DNA of 42,597 nt, from the sequence record KJ010489.1, one strand, 5' to 3'. Positions 26,872-35,440 of this stretch are shown piece by piece. This stretch comes from Enterococcus phage IME-EFm1. Under the pieces are notes generated by a model. That model saw only the letters and a program-made list of their open reading frames with translations, had not been told where the DNA came from and did no database searches. Within the stretch, counting starts at the first letter, position 1. Each line of letters starts with the position of its first letter. Both the position numbers and the translations under genes were made by a program.

Positions 26872-26904
26872 TTTAATTTCCTCCTCTTTATCTTACAAGT
26901 TAAT

Positions 26905-26950
26905 TTTAACATGGATAAAAAAAGAAGTCAACCATTTAGGTCAACTTCTT
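26905..26950 (-). terminator. Terminator-like hairpin (AAGAAGTCAACC...GGTCAACTTCTT) flanked by an A-run and a T-rich tract
   Basis: Imperfect 12-bp stem. The forward-strand A7 run gives a U-run on the minus transcript, after the 230-aa gene. Confidence 0.45.
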
Positions 26951-26961
26951 TCACATTTATT

Positions 26962-27654
26962 TTAGAACGGTAATTCCTCTTCTGTTACTGCTTCTTTCTG
27001 GTCGTCTGGGTCAAGTGCCTGTGCCTCCAACCAGCCAAATGGAGATTTAGGGTCTAACTTGTTTTTGTTTACAGTACAGTCCACAACCATTCCAATCGCC
27101 ATGTCTGCTGTTTCCCATGTTACATTTACGTCTTCAAATAATTCATTGAAACGTGCTTTTGCTTTTGCGAGTTTAGCTTGGTTAGGAATAAATTTGTTTA
27201 ATTTCTCAATATATACACCAGAGTTGAAGTTGAATGAATAATACTTGCCCTCATGTTCTACCACTACAGCACGTCCTTTTGCGCTGTCTTTAATTTCAAC
27301 AATTGGAACTTGCTTCAACCGTTTCAGTGAAACCAGTGGTTTCTCAATCTTTTTGAATGATGTTCCTTCTTCAAAGTATGCTTTACCCGTTTCTTCATCC
27401 ACATACATTTCTAACTCTTTATCTTCAAGGTTTTCAAATGATCCTCCTAAAATTTCTAATGCTTTAGCTAATCTTTCTTTACCTTTTGTATCTTCATCTG
27501 TAAAGTCTTTCCATGTTTTAGACTCTTTATCATACGTTTGTTTAAATACTGCTGCTTCATAGATAGCGCTATAATCTTCTCTGGCTACCTGTAATTTTAC
27601 ACTAATATCATCTTCCTCTGCGCTAACAATAATTACTTTTTTCAATTCTGACAT
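26962..27654 (-). CDS. Hypothetical replication/recombination-associated protein with an SSB-like acidic C-terminal tail (…DPDDQKEAVTEEELPF)
   Basis: 230 aa. The C-terminal tail resembles the bacterial SSB-Ct motif (D/E-rich followed by [IL]PF). No canonical OB-fold motifs are recognised. Confidence 0.55.
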   Translation of the reverse strand: MSELKKVIIVSAEEDDISVKLQVAREDYSAIYEAAVFKQTYDKESKTWKDFTDEDTKGKERLAKALEILGGSFENLEDKELEMYVDEETGKAYFEEGTSFKKIEKPLVSLKRLKQVPIVEIKDSAKGRAVVVEHEGKYYSFNFNSGVYIEKLNKFIPNQAKLAKAKARFNELFEDVNVTWETADMAIGMVVDCTVNKNKLDPKSPFGWLEAQALDPDDQKEAVTEEELPF

Positions 27655-27719
27655 TTTAATTCCTCCAATTAATTTGTTTTATTTTCTCTCTTACAAAATC
27701 TATTATAACATATATTCCC

Positions 27720-27938
27720 TTACTTGTGTGGTGTATTTGATAATACATGGTTTAATAACTGTTCGCTAGGCACATTGCTAATTGTCATATTTGATAGAAC
27801 TATAATTATATTGTTTCGTACATAGCTTGTAAGGTCTTCACTTTTTAAATCTGAATTATTCGTTAATAACTTCTGTTCAAACATAACTAGTTCTTCCTCT
27901 TTACTCTCAACTAGTTCTTCTAATACTGCGTTGTTCAT
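27720..27938 (-). CDS. Hypothetical protein (72 aa)
   Basis: Overlaps the upstream gene stop (ATGA). Confidence 0.4.
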   Translation of the reverse strand: MNNAVLEELVESKEEELVMFEQKLLTNNSDLKSEDLTSYVRNNIIIVLSNMTISNVPSEQLLNHVLSNTPHK

Positions 27939-28753
27939 TTTACCACCTCATACTCAATTTTAAGCTTCTTCAAGTCTTCTTTCTTAACCTTAATTGTCAC
28001 ATATTCAACTGGTTTAGGAGCCTCCTGTTTTTGCTCGTTTCCAGTAATGATGACAATGTCAGGCACTTTTGTTTCCTTCACTCTAGCCTGTTCCTTTTCA
28101 AGACGTTCTTTCTCAGCAATCATGTTCGCATAGTCAATGATAGCTTCTTGCATATTAAAGCCGTTTTTAGAGTAGGCAATTAAAATAGCTGAACGATCGT
28201 CTTTTTCAGGGTAGGTTTGTTTTAATTGTTCATAATCGTTCTTAAAGGTATCAAAATAGGAAACCACTGCTTCACGTATCTTTTTGGCACTCGTAGCCTT
28301 GTTGGTTATAAGCGTTGGGTTCTTTGCTAAAAACTTATCAAAAGTAAGCCATTGTGGAGCGTTATACGACTTCTGATATTTCTTAAACAGTTCTTTGATT
28401 TGTAACTTACGTTGTTCTTGCTCACGTGCCGTAATCTCTTTAATTTGAGCATTAATATGACCCTCACCTTCACCAAGTACCTCTTTCAATAGTTTTATTT
28501 TCTCGTTCAGCTCATCATAAGGGGTCATTATTTCACGCTTAACCGCTAATCGTTCTGAATCTAACTTTTTAATTTCTTTACGAATTTCAGCAAGAAGTTT
28601 TTTATTCTCTATAATGTTTTCCTCATTCACTTCTTGCTCTTTCATTCGTTCAGCTAACCTCCTTACGTCTTCAAGTGTTTTTTCGTAACCAATGAACTGT
28701 ATTTCATGTTTACCTGTAGCTTGTATTGATAGTTCAAATGTCATTCTCTTCAT
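27935..28753 (-). CDS. Coiled-coil phage protein (DUF1351-like)
   Basis: 272 aa, highly charged and helical. Such proteins commonly accompany phage SSAP/SSB genes. Confidence 0.45.
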   Translation of the reverse strand: MKRMTFELSIQATGKHEIQFIGYEKTLEDVRRLAERMKEQEVNEENIIENKKLLAEIRKEIKKLDSERLAVKREIMTPYDELNEKIKLLKEVLGEGEGHINAQIKEITAREQEQRKLQIKELFKKYQKSYNAPQWLTFDKFLAKNPTLITNKATSAKKIREAVVSYFDTFKNDYEQLKQTYPEKDDRSAILIAYSKNGFNMQEAIIDYANMIAEKERLEKEQARVKETKVPDIVIITGNEQKQEAPKPVEYVTIKVKKEDLKKLKIEYEVVK

Positions 28754-28902
28754 CCTTTAGTTTAAGACGTTTATATTCCACAGCAAATATTTCATCAATC
28801 GTATAATTTACTTTGAATAGCCATTTGTATTTTTCAATTAAATCAAATAACTGGTTTTCAGTGTATCCGTAGTCTAATTTTAAAAGTGTTTTATAGTTCA
28901 CG

Positions 28903-29130
28903 CTATAACTCCTCCTTCAATAGCTCTAAATCTTCATCACTCAATTTATCAATCAGTTCAATATCTTCTTCACGTACTTCCTCAAAGCGTGCTGCGAACT
29001 CTCCTGATTCAACTAAGACAAGAATGTTTCCGAACTTGTCTACGTGTTGTACAGTGCCCTCATCACCTTGTGCTGCGTGCATTCCATAATTGTTTGTGAA
29101 TCTAACTAAATCTCCATATTGATATTTCAT
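28903..29130 (-). CDS. Small acidic protein (75 aa)
   Basis: RBS AAAGGAGGAAA. The C-terminal 25 aa are strongly acidic (…EEDIELIDKLSDEDLELLKEEL). Confidence 0.45.
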   Translation of the reverse strand: MKYQYGDLVRFTNNYGMHAAQGDEGTVQHVDKFGNILVLVESGEFAARFEEVREEDIELIDKLSDEDLELLKEEL

Positions 29131-29357
29131 TTTATTTCCTCCTTTATTTATCTTACTTGTTTAGTTTATCATCTGTAGTTTCGTTTGTCAACTCTTTTTC
29201 TTTTTTATGTCTAATATAGCCTACAAGTGATAGTATTCCAATTAAGGATATACCTCCAATTACGAATATTAAGTACAGTACCAGGCTGGCTAATTTTAAT
29301 CCTAAATAAATTTCAAGCATTTTTGTGTTCCTCCTTTTTCTTTATGTTTTAATTGTA

Positions 29358-30120
29358 TCATCTTACTAACCAGTTGTCAATATCTCTTTGAGTTATTTTT
29401 CCTTTTGATTTTTTAATTAATCCATCAAACGTGCGATAGGTTTCTGATTGGTGTAGCTCTACATCTATTGTATCAGACTTACCAAATTTATCAACAAAAA
29501 TTTCTCTGTCTGTTGTACTTAAATGTCTGTAGCTGCCATTGGCGAATATATTGAACCCGGTATGTGCCTTAGTTGATTCATAGAACTCAATTACTTTTGG
29601 ATCGTAATTAGCCTCTAAAAGAATAATATCAAGCTTTAAGTTATTTGTCAATAGATAAGTTTCATAATCTACCAAAGTGCTTAAATCAGTTGCAAATATT
29701 AAATTCTGCTTAGGTGTCTCCATGATTAGCCCATGGGTTTCCGCATAATCTTCTCCTTCTCCGTGGTAGTTTTGAATGGTTGTAATTTTAGTATCTCCAA
29801 TTTGAAATTGAAAGTTATCTGAAAATACAATATCTAGTGGTGGTAAATTTCTTTTCTTTAGATTTTCATTCACATCATTATTTCCAAGAATTTTGATATT
29901 TGGAAAATTTTCTTTAACCTTCTTGTATCCTGTCCAATTAATGTGGTCAGATTCAAGAATGACGGTGAGTGTAAAGCAAGAATTGAACATCATATAAATA
30001 AGGTTCAATACTCTTAAAGCTTTTACCAGCATCAACCATCATAGACCAATCACCCCCCGTATTCGAAATTACGGCACAATTACCCTTAGAGCCGCTATAA
30101 TGTATTTTAAAATCCAGCAT
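29358..30120 (-). pseudogene. Metallo-beta-lactamase-fold hydrolase gene with a frame disruption near 29941-29961
   Basis: The N-terminal 57 codons (MLDFKIHYSGSKGNCAVISNTGGDW...FLLYTHRHS*) run from ATG 30120 in one frame. The rest (…SDHINWTG…ETHGLIMET…) runs in frame +1. The HxHxDH motif is split by an apparent ~7-nt insertion. Confidence 0.5.
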
Positions 30121-30169
30121 ATTTTATTTTCTCCTTTATCTTAGTAACATCATTATACTACTTATTATA

Positions 30170-30440
30170 TTATGTGTCAAGTGATTTATCTAAATATTTA
30201 AACACGTAACCTCCTGTTTGTCTTCGTTTTCCTGTTAGTACACTAGATATGTGACCGTGGTTTAATCCTAATTGTATAGCACACTCCTTACCACTATTAT
30301 ATTCATTATATTCACCATTTGCAATATCAATTGCAATTATTGGCTTACTGTTAGATTTACTAAACCGTTCTAATCTAGTTCCATGACTGTTTTGTTCTTT
30401 CATTGTACCCTTTAATATCTTTCCAAATTTCTTCAATCAT
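30170..30440 (-). pseudogene. Degraded second homing-endonuclease gene: NUMOD4-like start (MIEEIWKDIKGY..., 21 codons, ATGA-coupled), then a frame change and a C-terminal IENR1/NUMOD-like DNA-binding ORF (88 aa)
   Basis: Frame X gives MIEEIWKDIKGYNERTKQSWN*. The other frame gives …PIIAIDIANGEYNEYNSGKECAIQLGLNHGHISSVLTGKRRQTGGYVFKY. The nuclease core is missing. Confidence 0.45.
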
Positions 30441-30901
30441 TTATTTCTATCCTCCCAGCGATTTCCTTCTAATTGCCATAATTCTTTACCAAGCCTATTT
30501 GCTTCTTTCCAGTTTTTTTGCTCACACGCTTTTCCAATAGCTACAATTAATGCATGACGTTTTGGCTCTACTTTCTTTCTAAAAGGACGTTCCACACGTT
30601 CTGCGCCTTCTTTTGGATTAATGGCATAACCAATATTAGTGTGGTGACTGTTTTGTACATTACCATCTTTAAAATATAAATATCCTAAGTTGTGTTCATT
30701 TTTAACAAACATGTCTGCTACTAATTGAGAAATATAGAATTTACGTGACTTCGTATGTGACCCTTCAAGTACTACATACATTTTTCCATTCTTTGGATCA
30801 ACTAGTTCCGTTTCGTATCTTTCTTTGTCTAAATGAAACACATGACCTTCATCCGTTATGGCGTACATATCGTAAGGCTCATTTAATGGTTCAAATCTCA
30901 T
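30437..30901 (-). CDS. HNH homing endonuclease (HNH_3 type)
   Basis: 154 aa. DMYAITDEGHVFHL (NUMOD4-like) and ...YISQLVADMFV.NEHNLGY...NVQNSHHTNIGY. Confidence 0.7.
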   Translation of the reverse strand: MRFEPLNEPYDMYAITDEGHVFHLDKERYETELVDPKNGKMYVVLEGSHTKSRKFYISQLVADMFVKNEHNLGYLYFKDGNVQNSHHTNIGYAINPKEGAERVERPFRKKVEPKRHALIVAIGKACEQKNWKEANRLGKELWQLEGNRWEDRNK

Positions 30902-31370
30902 CTTGTTTTTCCTCCAATTTAATTAGTTGGTCTACATACACTTTCACTTTCTTTAAATCTTCAATTCCATTCTTTTGTTTGTATCTATGTGTATATTTGT
31001 ATATGTTTGCTTTGTAGAAACCACGTAGCTCCTCATAAGTTAGTAAGTCATCTTCTAATACGTCAAATAGTTGTTTGCCTGAACTTGTTTTGTAACGTGT
31101 TGTATTTTGTAGTTCTTCAGATTCAATTACACTACCAGTAATATGTGAATCTTTAAGTATTTTACCAAGTATATTTTCTAATTCGTCAGACTCATTAGGC
31201 TTATCATCATGAGTTAACTGTTGTGCATTAAATGAGTGATTTCCAAAAGGTCCTAAATTTACAAGTATTGGGTAGGGTTCATAATCTATTATAGTAATAA
31301 CCCCTTTTAATCCAATATACGTTTTATCACTATAATCTATTACTCTAACTTTATCTCCAACTTTAAACAT
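30891..31370 (-). CDS. Hypothetical protein (159 aa; N-terminal KOW/SH3-like region, DUF3310-like C-terminus)
   Basis: Promoter TTGACA-17-TATTAT and RBS AGAGAGGA upstream. Confidence 0.5.
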   Translation of the reverse strand: MFKVGDKVRVIDYSDKTYIGLKGVITIIDYEPYPILVNLGPFGNHSFNAQQLTHDDKPNESDELENILGKILKDSHITGSVIESEELQNTTRYKTSSGKQLFDVLEDDLLTYEELRGFYKANIYKYTHRYKQKNGIEDLKKVKVYVDQLIKLEEKQDEI

Positions 31371-31447
31371 TCTATCAAATCCTCTCTTTGTTTATATATT
31401 TATAATATCATATAGTATCTTACTTGTCAACACAAAACTTTTATTTT

Positions 31448-31521
31448 ATGCTATAATAAATTATAGGGATTCCTCCTCCCTCCTCTCGTTAAGACTAGCC
31501 AATTGGCTAGTCTTTTTGTTT
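31448..31521 (+). ncRNA. Candidate ~55-nt plus-strand small RNA: TGcTATAAT promoter, polypyrimidine tract UCCUCCUCCCUCCUCUC, intrinsic terminator
   Basis: Extended -10 at 31449-31457. CU tract at 31471-31487. Stem AAGACTAGCC-aatt-GGCTAGTCTT followed by TTTGTTT at 31491-31521. No ORF. Embedded antisense within the minus-strand gene arm. Confidence 0.25.
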
Positions 31522-31707
31522 ATAGTTTTGAATATCTGATAAATATCCAAAAACCTCGCGCGCTGTATGAAACTCAACTCTATGAGTATCTTGTGGTTCA
31601 TTAACATGAAAAATCTCTACATAATATTTTAACTCAAATCGTGCTTGGCTGACTACTGTCACACAGTATCCATTTGTAAACTCTGTGCTAAATAATTGCT
31701 TCTCCAT
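31507..31707 (-). CDS. Hypothetical protein (66 aa)
   Basis: RBS AAGGAGGA. Confidence 0.45.
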   Translation of the reverse strand: MEKQLFSTEFTNGYCVTVVSQARFELKYYVEIFHVNEPQDTHRVEFHTAREVFGYLSDIQNYKQKD

Positions 31708-31725
31708 CAGTTGTCCTCCTTATAT

Positions 31726-32466
31726 TTAAACGTCCGCCATTCTTCGCAGTTCACGCTTTCTAACTGATTCATATGTTCTTAATACCTCCTCTTCTGATAA
31801 TGGTGGATTACAGCCAATCTGGTTAACGTACAGACTCCACACTCTTACTTCCTCGTGTTCAAGTCCAGTTGCAAATAATTTACCAATAATTGAGGTTAAA
31901 AATATATTCCTTGAACCTTCACCACTACCTGCAATTATATCACCTAGTAAATTAGCTGTAAACTTTCTCTCTCTTTTTTTATTTTTCTTGGTAATCGTTT
32001 TATCTGTAAACATTTCTAACCATTTCTCAGGTAGTTCTGCCAGTTCTACATCACGTACTACTTCATAATAGTTACCATCAATTTGACTAGGTGGTGCCAC
32101 TACGTAACGCCCATGAGTCTGAAAATCAACACCTTCAAGCTGAGAATGATTTTGAAGAAATTGCGTTTCATTGTATTTCTCATCTAATTTGAAATAATAA
32201 TGATAGCCATTACTAGGTGTTTTTACCACTTTGGTTTTTGGTAAAGTGATGTCATACATTTCCAAGAACTCTTTTAAGTTACCAAGACCATCCACTCCGT
32301 TATGATTGTCAATATCAATTACTGCAATACCGCTTGCTGAACCGGTGAGCGTGCCAACGTTGCCACCTTCTTCAATCCATTTTTTGATCAACTCTTCTGA
32401 TTCTCCATCAAACGCTCCAGCCACTAGTGGTGCTTTACCATTTTTCTTTAGTCTTAATTGTTTCAT
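31726..32466 (-). CDS. PrimPol-type DNA primase (bifunctional primase/polymerase N-terminal domain plus PriCT_1 C-terminal domain)
   Basis: AVIDIDNHNGVDG, TPSNGYHYYF and GVDFQTHGRYVVAPPS match the PrimPol domain. C-terminal NIFLTSIIGKLF...EEVLRTYESV is PriCT-like. Start chosen at MKQLRLKK with RBS AAGAGGAGG. Confidence 0.7.
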   Translation of the reverse strand: MKQLRLKKNGKAPLVAGAFDGESEELIKKWIEEGGNVGTLTGSASGIAVIDIDNHNGVDGLGNLKEFLEMYDITLPKTKVVKTPSNGYHYYFKLDEKYNETQFLQNHSQLEGVDFQTHGRYVVAPPSQIDGNYYEVVRDVELAELPEKWLEMFTDKTITKKNKKRERKFTANLLGDIIAGSGEGSRNIFLTSIIGKLFATGLEHEEVRVWSLYVNQIGCNPPLSEEEVLRTYESVRKRELRRMADV

Positions 32467-32495
32467 TGTCATTCCTCCTCTTAACTTATAAATAA

Positions 32496-32524
32496 AGTAT
32501 AACACCCCAATTAAGGGGTGTCAA
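32496..32524 (-). promoter_or_regulatory. Sigma-A-like promoter (TTGACA-17-TATACT) with a palindromic spacer (CACCCC...GGGGTG) plus a conserved leader
   Basis: On the minus strand: TTGACACCCCTTAATTGGGGTGTTATACT, then TTATTTATAAGTTAAGAGGAGG and the primase start. Confidence 0.55.
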
Positions 32525-32689
32525 CTAGTATCTACAATTTATTTAAATATTTTAGATACGTGTTTACCCACAGTCCTATACGTGGCTTCTCTGTGAAGAT
32601 GAATGACATAATCACTTGCTTTTGCTTTTTAAATTTAACGTCAGGTAGCGTGCCTGTTGGTTTCTTGAAGTATCCTTTATATTTCTTTT

Positions 32690-33994
32690 TCATTTTACAC
32701 TCTCCTCAATCATTTTTTCTGTAAAGTCTTGTCCATTTGTCACTGTCTCAAAGATCTTTTTCTCAATTTGTGTATCTGGAATAATGTGGATAAAGTTAGG
32801 TGTACGCTCCTGTCCAAATCTATCAACTCTAGCTTTTGCCTGAATATAGTCTGTAGAACTTAATGGCATACTATTAAATACGCATACACTAGCTATTTTC
32901 AAGCTATTGATACCTGTACTAGCACTTTTATATTGGGCTAAAACCACTCCATTATCATAGTCTTTGAAATTATTCAAATCTTTATTGTTTCCATTGTACG
33001 TACTGTACGGTCTTTTTAGTTTATTTAACAAATCTGAAATCATATAAAACTCTGCGTTGTAATTATAAAATATGACAATTCTTTCACCACTATACTCTTC
33101 TAATACTGCTTGTAAACGATCAAATGGTTCTTTAGACACCTGTTTGTGTACACCTTTAAGGAAACCATGTGATACTTGACGTAGCGCATTAAATAATTTA
33201 CTACTATTGTCTAGCTCAATGATATTATCTAGGTCGTCTTTGTACATTCTAACCTTCTTTAATTTATTATAAAATGCAGGCTTTTTGGTCTTATAATAAA
33301 AATCTTGTGGCATATACGGTTTATCACGTTCATACCTAACACTTACATCATCAATCAGTTGCTTCAATAAGTGTTCGTTACGATAACCAATTATCTGCAT
33401 GAATCTAGCCGCGCCCATTTGTTGCATGCGCTCAATTACAAATAAGTCATAAAATTCTTTTTTTGACTTGCGGAACACGTTTAACATGTGGAGTTGACTA
33501 TAATAGTTTTCTAGTTTTCCGTTTGCTATTGGGGTTGCAGTTAATAATCTAACGTGCGTGGTCTTTTTACATAAATTCATCATGAACTTAGTCACTTTTG
33601 ATTTGGATACTGACACTTTATGACTTTCATCAATTAAAATATAAGTATCTTTGTCAACCCATTTTGCCAACTCCGTTAAACGCCAACTACTCTCAAAACT
33701 GATTGCTACCCTTTTTGATTCTGACAATAATTGTTTATTTTTAGCAGTTCCTTTATTTAAAGGAGTAATGGTAATTCCCATCAATTGACCATCTTCTGCA
33801 AAGTCATCTACTTTTGGAGCTAGACAAACCACTAGCAATTTACTGCACCCACTTTTCAAATAAGAGCCAAGTGCTGAATATGTTTTCCCAGTTCCAGCAC
33901 TTGATAAATCAAAATTCTTTTTGTCAGATAATTTAATAGCTTCAACCTGATGTGGTAGAAGTTCTACTTTACCTATTTTATTTTGCATATTCAA
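32690..33994 (-). CDS. SF2 DNA helicase (DEAD/DEAH / SNF2-like)
   Basis: Motif I SSAGTGKTYSA, motif II LIDESHKV, motif III LTATP, motif VI QAKARVDRFGQ. Confidence 0.75.
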   Translation of the reverse strand: MNMQNKIGKVELLPHQVEAIKLSDKKNFDLSSAGTGKTYSALGSYLKSGCSKLLVVCLAPKVDDFAEDGQLMGITITPLNKGTAKNKQLLSESKRVAISFESSWRLTELAKWVDKDTYILIDESHKVSVSKSKVTKFMMNLCKKTTHVRLLTATPIANGKLENYYSQLHMLNVFRKSKKEFYDLFVIERMQQMGAARFMQIIGYRNEHLLKQLIDDVSVRYERDKPYMPQDFYYKTKKPAFYNKLKKVRMYKDDLDNIIELDNSSKLFNALRQVSHGFLKGVHKQVSKEPFDRLQAVLEEYSGERIVIFYNYNAEFYMISDLLNKLKRPYSTYNGNNKDLNNFKDYDNGVVLAQYKSASTGINSLKIASVCVFNSMPLSSTDYIQAKARVDRFGQERTPNFIHIIPDTQIEKKIFETVTNGQDFTEKMIEESVK

Positions 33995-34463
33995 AAGTGT
34001 AGCCCCCTAATGTCTTACGTCTATTCTTCAAACATCTATTTATGTTTGATTGTGGTAGACCTAATTTTCTTGCACAGTCGTTTTGTGATTCAAAAATAGT
34101 CTTATTACCTGTTGCTATTTCAGTAGCGTATATCCTTGTTTCACCGCTTGTTTGATTACTACGTTGTTCACTATACGTTGCCCATCTTAAATTTTCAACT
34201 CTATTATCTAACCTATCACGATTTACATGGTCTACTGTTGGTTTGTTTTCTGGGTTTGGTATGAATGTTTCTGCTACTAGACGATGTAGATATTTAGTAA
34301 GACGAGTTTTATCATTTGATAAAGAAACTTTTTTATATCCGTTTTTACCTATTGAGTATCCTAATTTAGTTGCGTTACATTTATTTGTTTTTCTAAAATT
34401 ACCCAAATTACTTACCTGATAAAGTCCTTCATACCCTTTAACGTCTTTCCAAATTTCTTCCAT
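33978..34463 (-). CDS. HNH homing endonuclease (NUMOD4 + HNH_3 + C-terminal IENR1-like DNA-binding domain)
   Basis: MEEIWKDVKGYEGLYQVSNLGNFRK..., HRLVAETFIPNPENKPTVDHVNRDRLDNRVENLRWAT, ...CARKLGLPQSNINRCL...GGYTFEY. Overlaps the helicase start by 17 nt. Confidence 0.75.
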   Translation of the reverse strand: MEEIWKDVKGYEGLYQVSNLGNFRKTNKCNATKLGYSIGKNGYKKVSLSNDKTRLTKYLHRLVAETFIPNPENKPTVDHVNRDRLDNRVENLRWATYSEQRSNQTSGETRIYATEIATGNKTIFESQNDCARKLGLPQSNINRCLKNRRKTLGGYTFEYAK

Positions 34464-34572
34464 TACACAACCTCCCATTTATACCTTATTTTTACGAAAT
34501 GCATATATTCTTTAGTTGCTGCATATACTGATACTTGTTCCATATCTACTATTTTTGCTTCCATGATCCAAC

Positions 34573-34770
34573 TCATACTTCAAAAACCTCCTTGATATCT
34601 TGACAAGGTACTCTTAAATTATTAATTGCATAGTTGATAGCTTCTACAATATTCATTGCTGGTATAGTTAGTTCATGAACTGTTGTCTCAATATATTGAA
34701 AGCTTGGGTTACTAGCATATACTTTTTCTCGTTGTTCTTCTTCATAAATAAGGCAATACTCTTTAATCAT
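34573..34770 (-). CDS. Hypothetical small protein (65 aa)
   Basis: Internal ATG with RBS GGAGGAG. Overlaps the 3' end of the VRR-NUC gene. Confidence 0.3.
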   Translation of the reverse strand: MIKEYCLIYEEEQREKVYASNPSFQYIETTVHELTIPAMNIVEAINYAINNLRVPCQDIKEVFEV

Positions 34771-35113
34771 ACTCAATCTCCTCCACTTTAATTTCTGGTA
34801 ATTCTGGTTGTTTATATTGTCTTTCAATACTGTTATCAATGCAAGATAGTAAAACCATGAGTTCTTGAAGTGTGTCACGTAAAATTAATCCAAATCCTCC
34901 TGCGTCACGTACTTTTTGTAAGTAACTGATCTGTAAAGGATCTGGCTGGTAGTTACCCACTTTCAATTCTAACGCAATGAAGTAACCTTTGTAGCATACT
35001 AATAAATCAGATACACCAACTTTAGAAAACATACTACCTGTTTGGTTATTAACTATTGCACCTTTACTCTCTAGATACTGTGTTACTTCTTTTGAAAATT
35101 GTGATTCTTTCAT
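34763..35113 (-). CDS. VRR-NUC domain nuclease
   Basis: …VGVSDLLVCYKGYFIALELKVGNYQPDPLQISYLQKVRDAGGFGLIL… matches the VRR-NUC (PD-(D/E)xK) core. Typical partner of phage SNF2-like helicases. Confidence 0.6.
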   Translation of the reverse strand: MKESQFSKEVTQYLESKGAIVNNQTGSMFSKVGVSDLLVCYKGYFIALELKVGNYQPDPLQISYLQKVRDAGGFGLILRDTLQELMVLLSCIDNSIERQYKQPELPEIKVEEIEYD

Positions 35114-35319
35114 TACTCTTCCTCCAAGTTTATAATGTTAGTTGTAATAGCATCCTCTAAGTAGCGCTTTACGCGCTGTGCCTCTTTCAGAGTTAGATGT
35201 ACACTGGCACAATCTTCATAATCTATTAATGTAAGACAAATAGTATTATGATGCGTTGAAACACACACTTGCTCATTATTTTCTGTTCTTAGTTCTTTTC
35301 TGTAATTGATTTTGATCAT
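35113..35319 (-). CDS. Hypothetical protein (68 aa)
   Basis: ATGA-coupled to the VRR-NUC gene. Confidence 0.4.
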   Translation of the reverse strand: MIKINYRKELRTENNEQVCVSTHHNTICLTLIDYEDCASVHLTLKEAQRVKRYLEDAITTNIINLEEE

Positions 35320-35322
35320 CTT

Positions 35323-35415
35323 AATATCCTCCTTCTTCTAACCATTGAATAAGCACTCCAGCTCCGTAAATTACTGCTCCAATAAATAATAATCCCATCA
35401 TCATGAATGTCATTT
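35323..35415 (-). CDS. Tiny hydrophobic peptide (30 aa, MTFMMMGLLFIGAVIYGAGVLIQWLEEGGY)
   Basis: RBS GGGAGGAAACAAAATG. Single TM segment. Below the ORF-track size cut-off. Confidence 0.3.
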
Positions 35416-35440
35416 TGTTTCCTCCCTAAATATTATCAAT

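Noticed and set aside
30434-30439. In-frame TGA between the HNH ORF (30437-30901) and the 88-aa ORF (30170-30436) as a possible stop-codon read-through
   Set aside because: The ORF upstream of the TGA is already a complete HNH endonuclease, and a third frame starting with ATGA at this position encodes a NUMOD4-like MIEEIWKDIKGY stub. Two adjacent endonuclease genes, the second decayed, explain this better than read-through.
25592-32724. Plus-strand ORFs on the early arm (25592-25792, 26669-26965, 27059-27241, 27245-27562, 28886-29089, 30745-31017, 32306-32491, 32518-32724)
   Set aside because: Each overlaps a minus-strand gene that has an RBS and a conserved promoter-leader. The translations are low-complexity, and no plus-strand promoter or RBS context is present.
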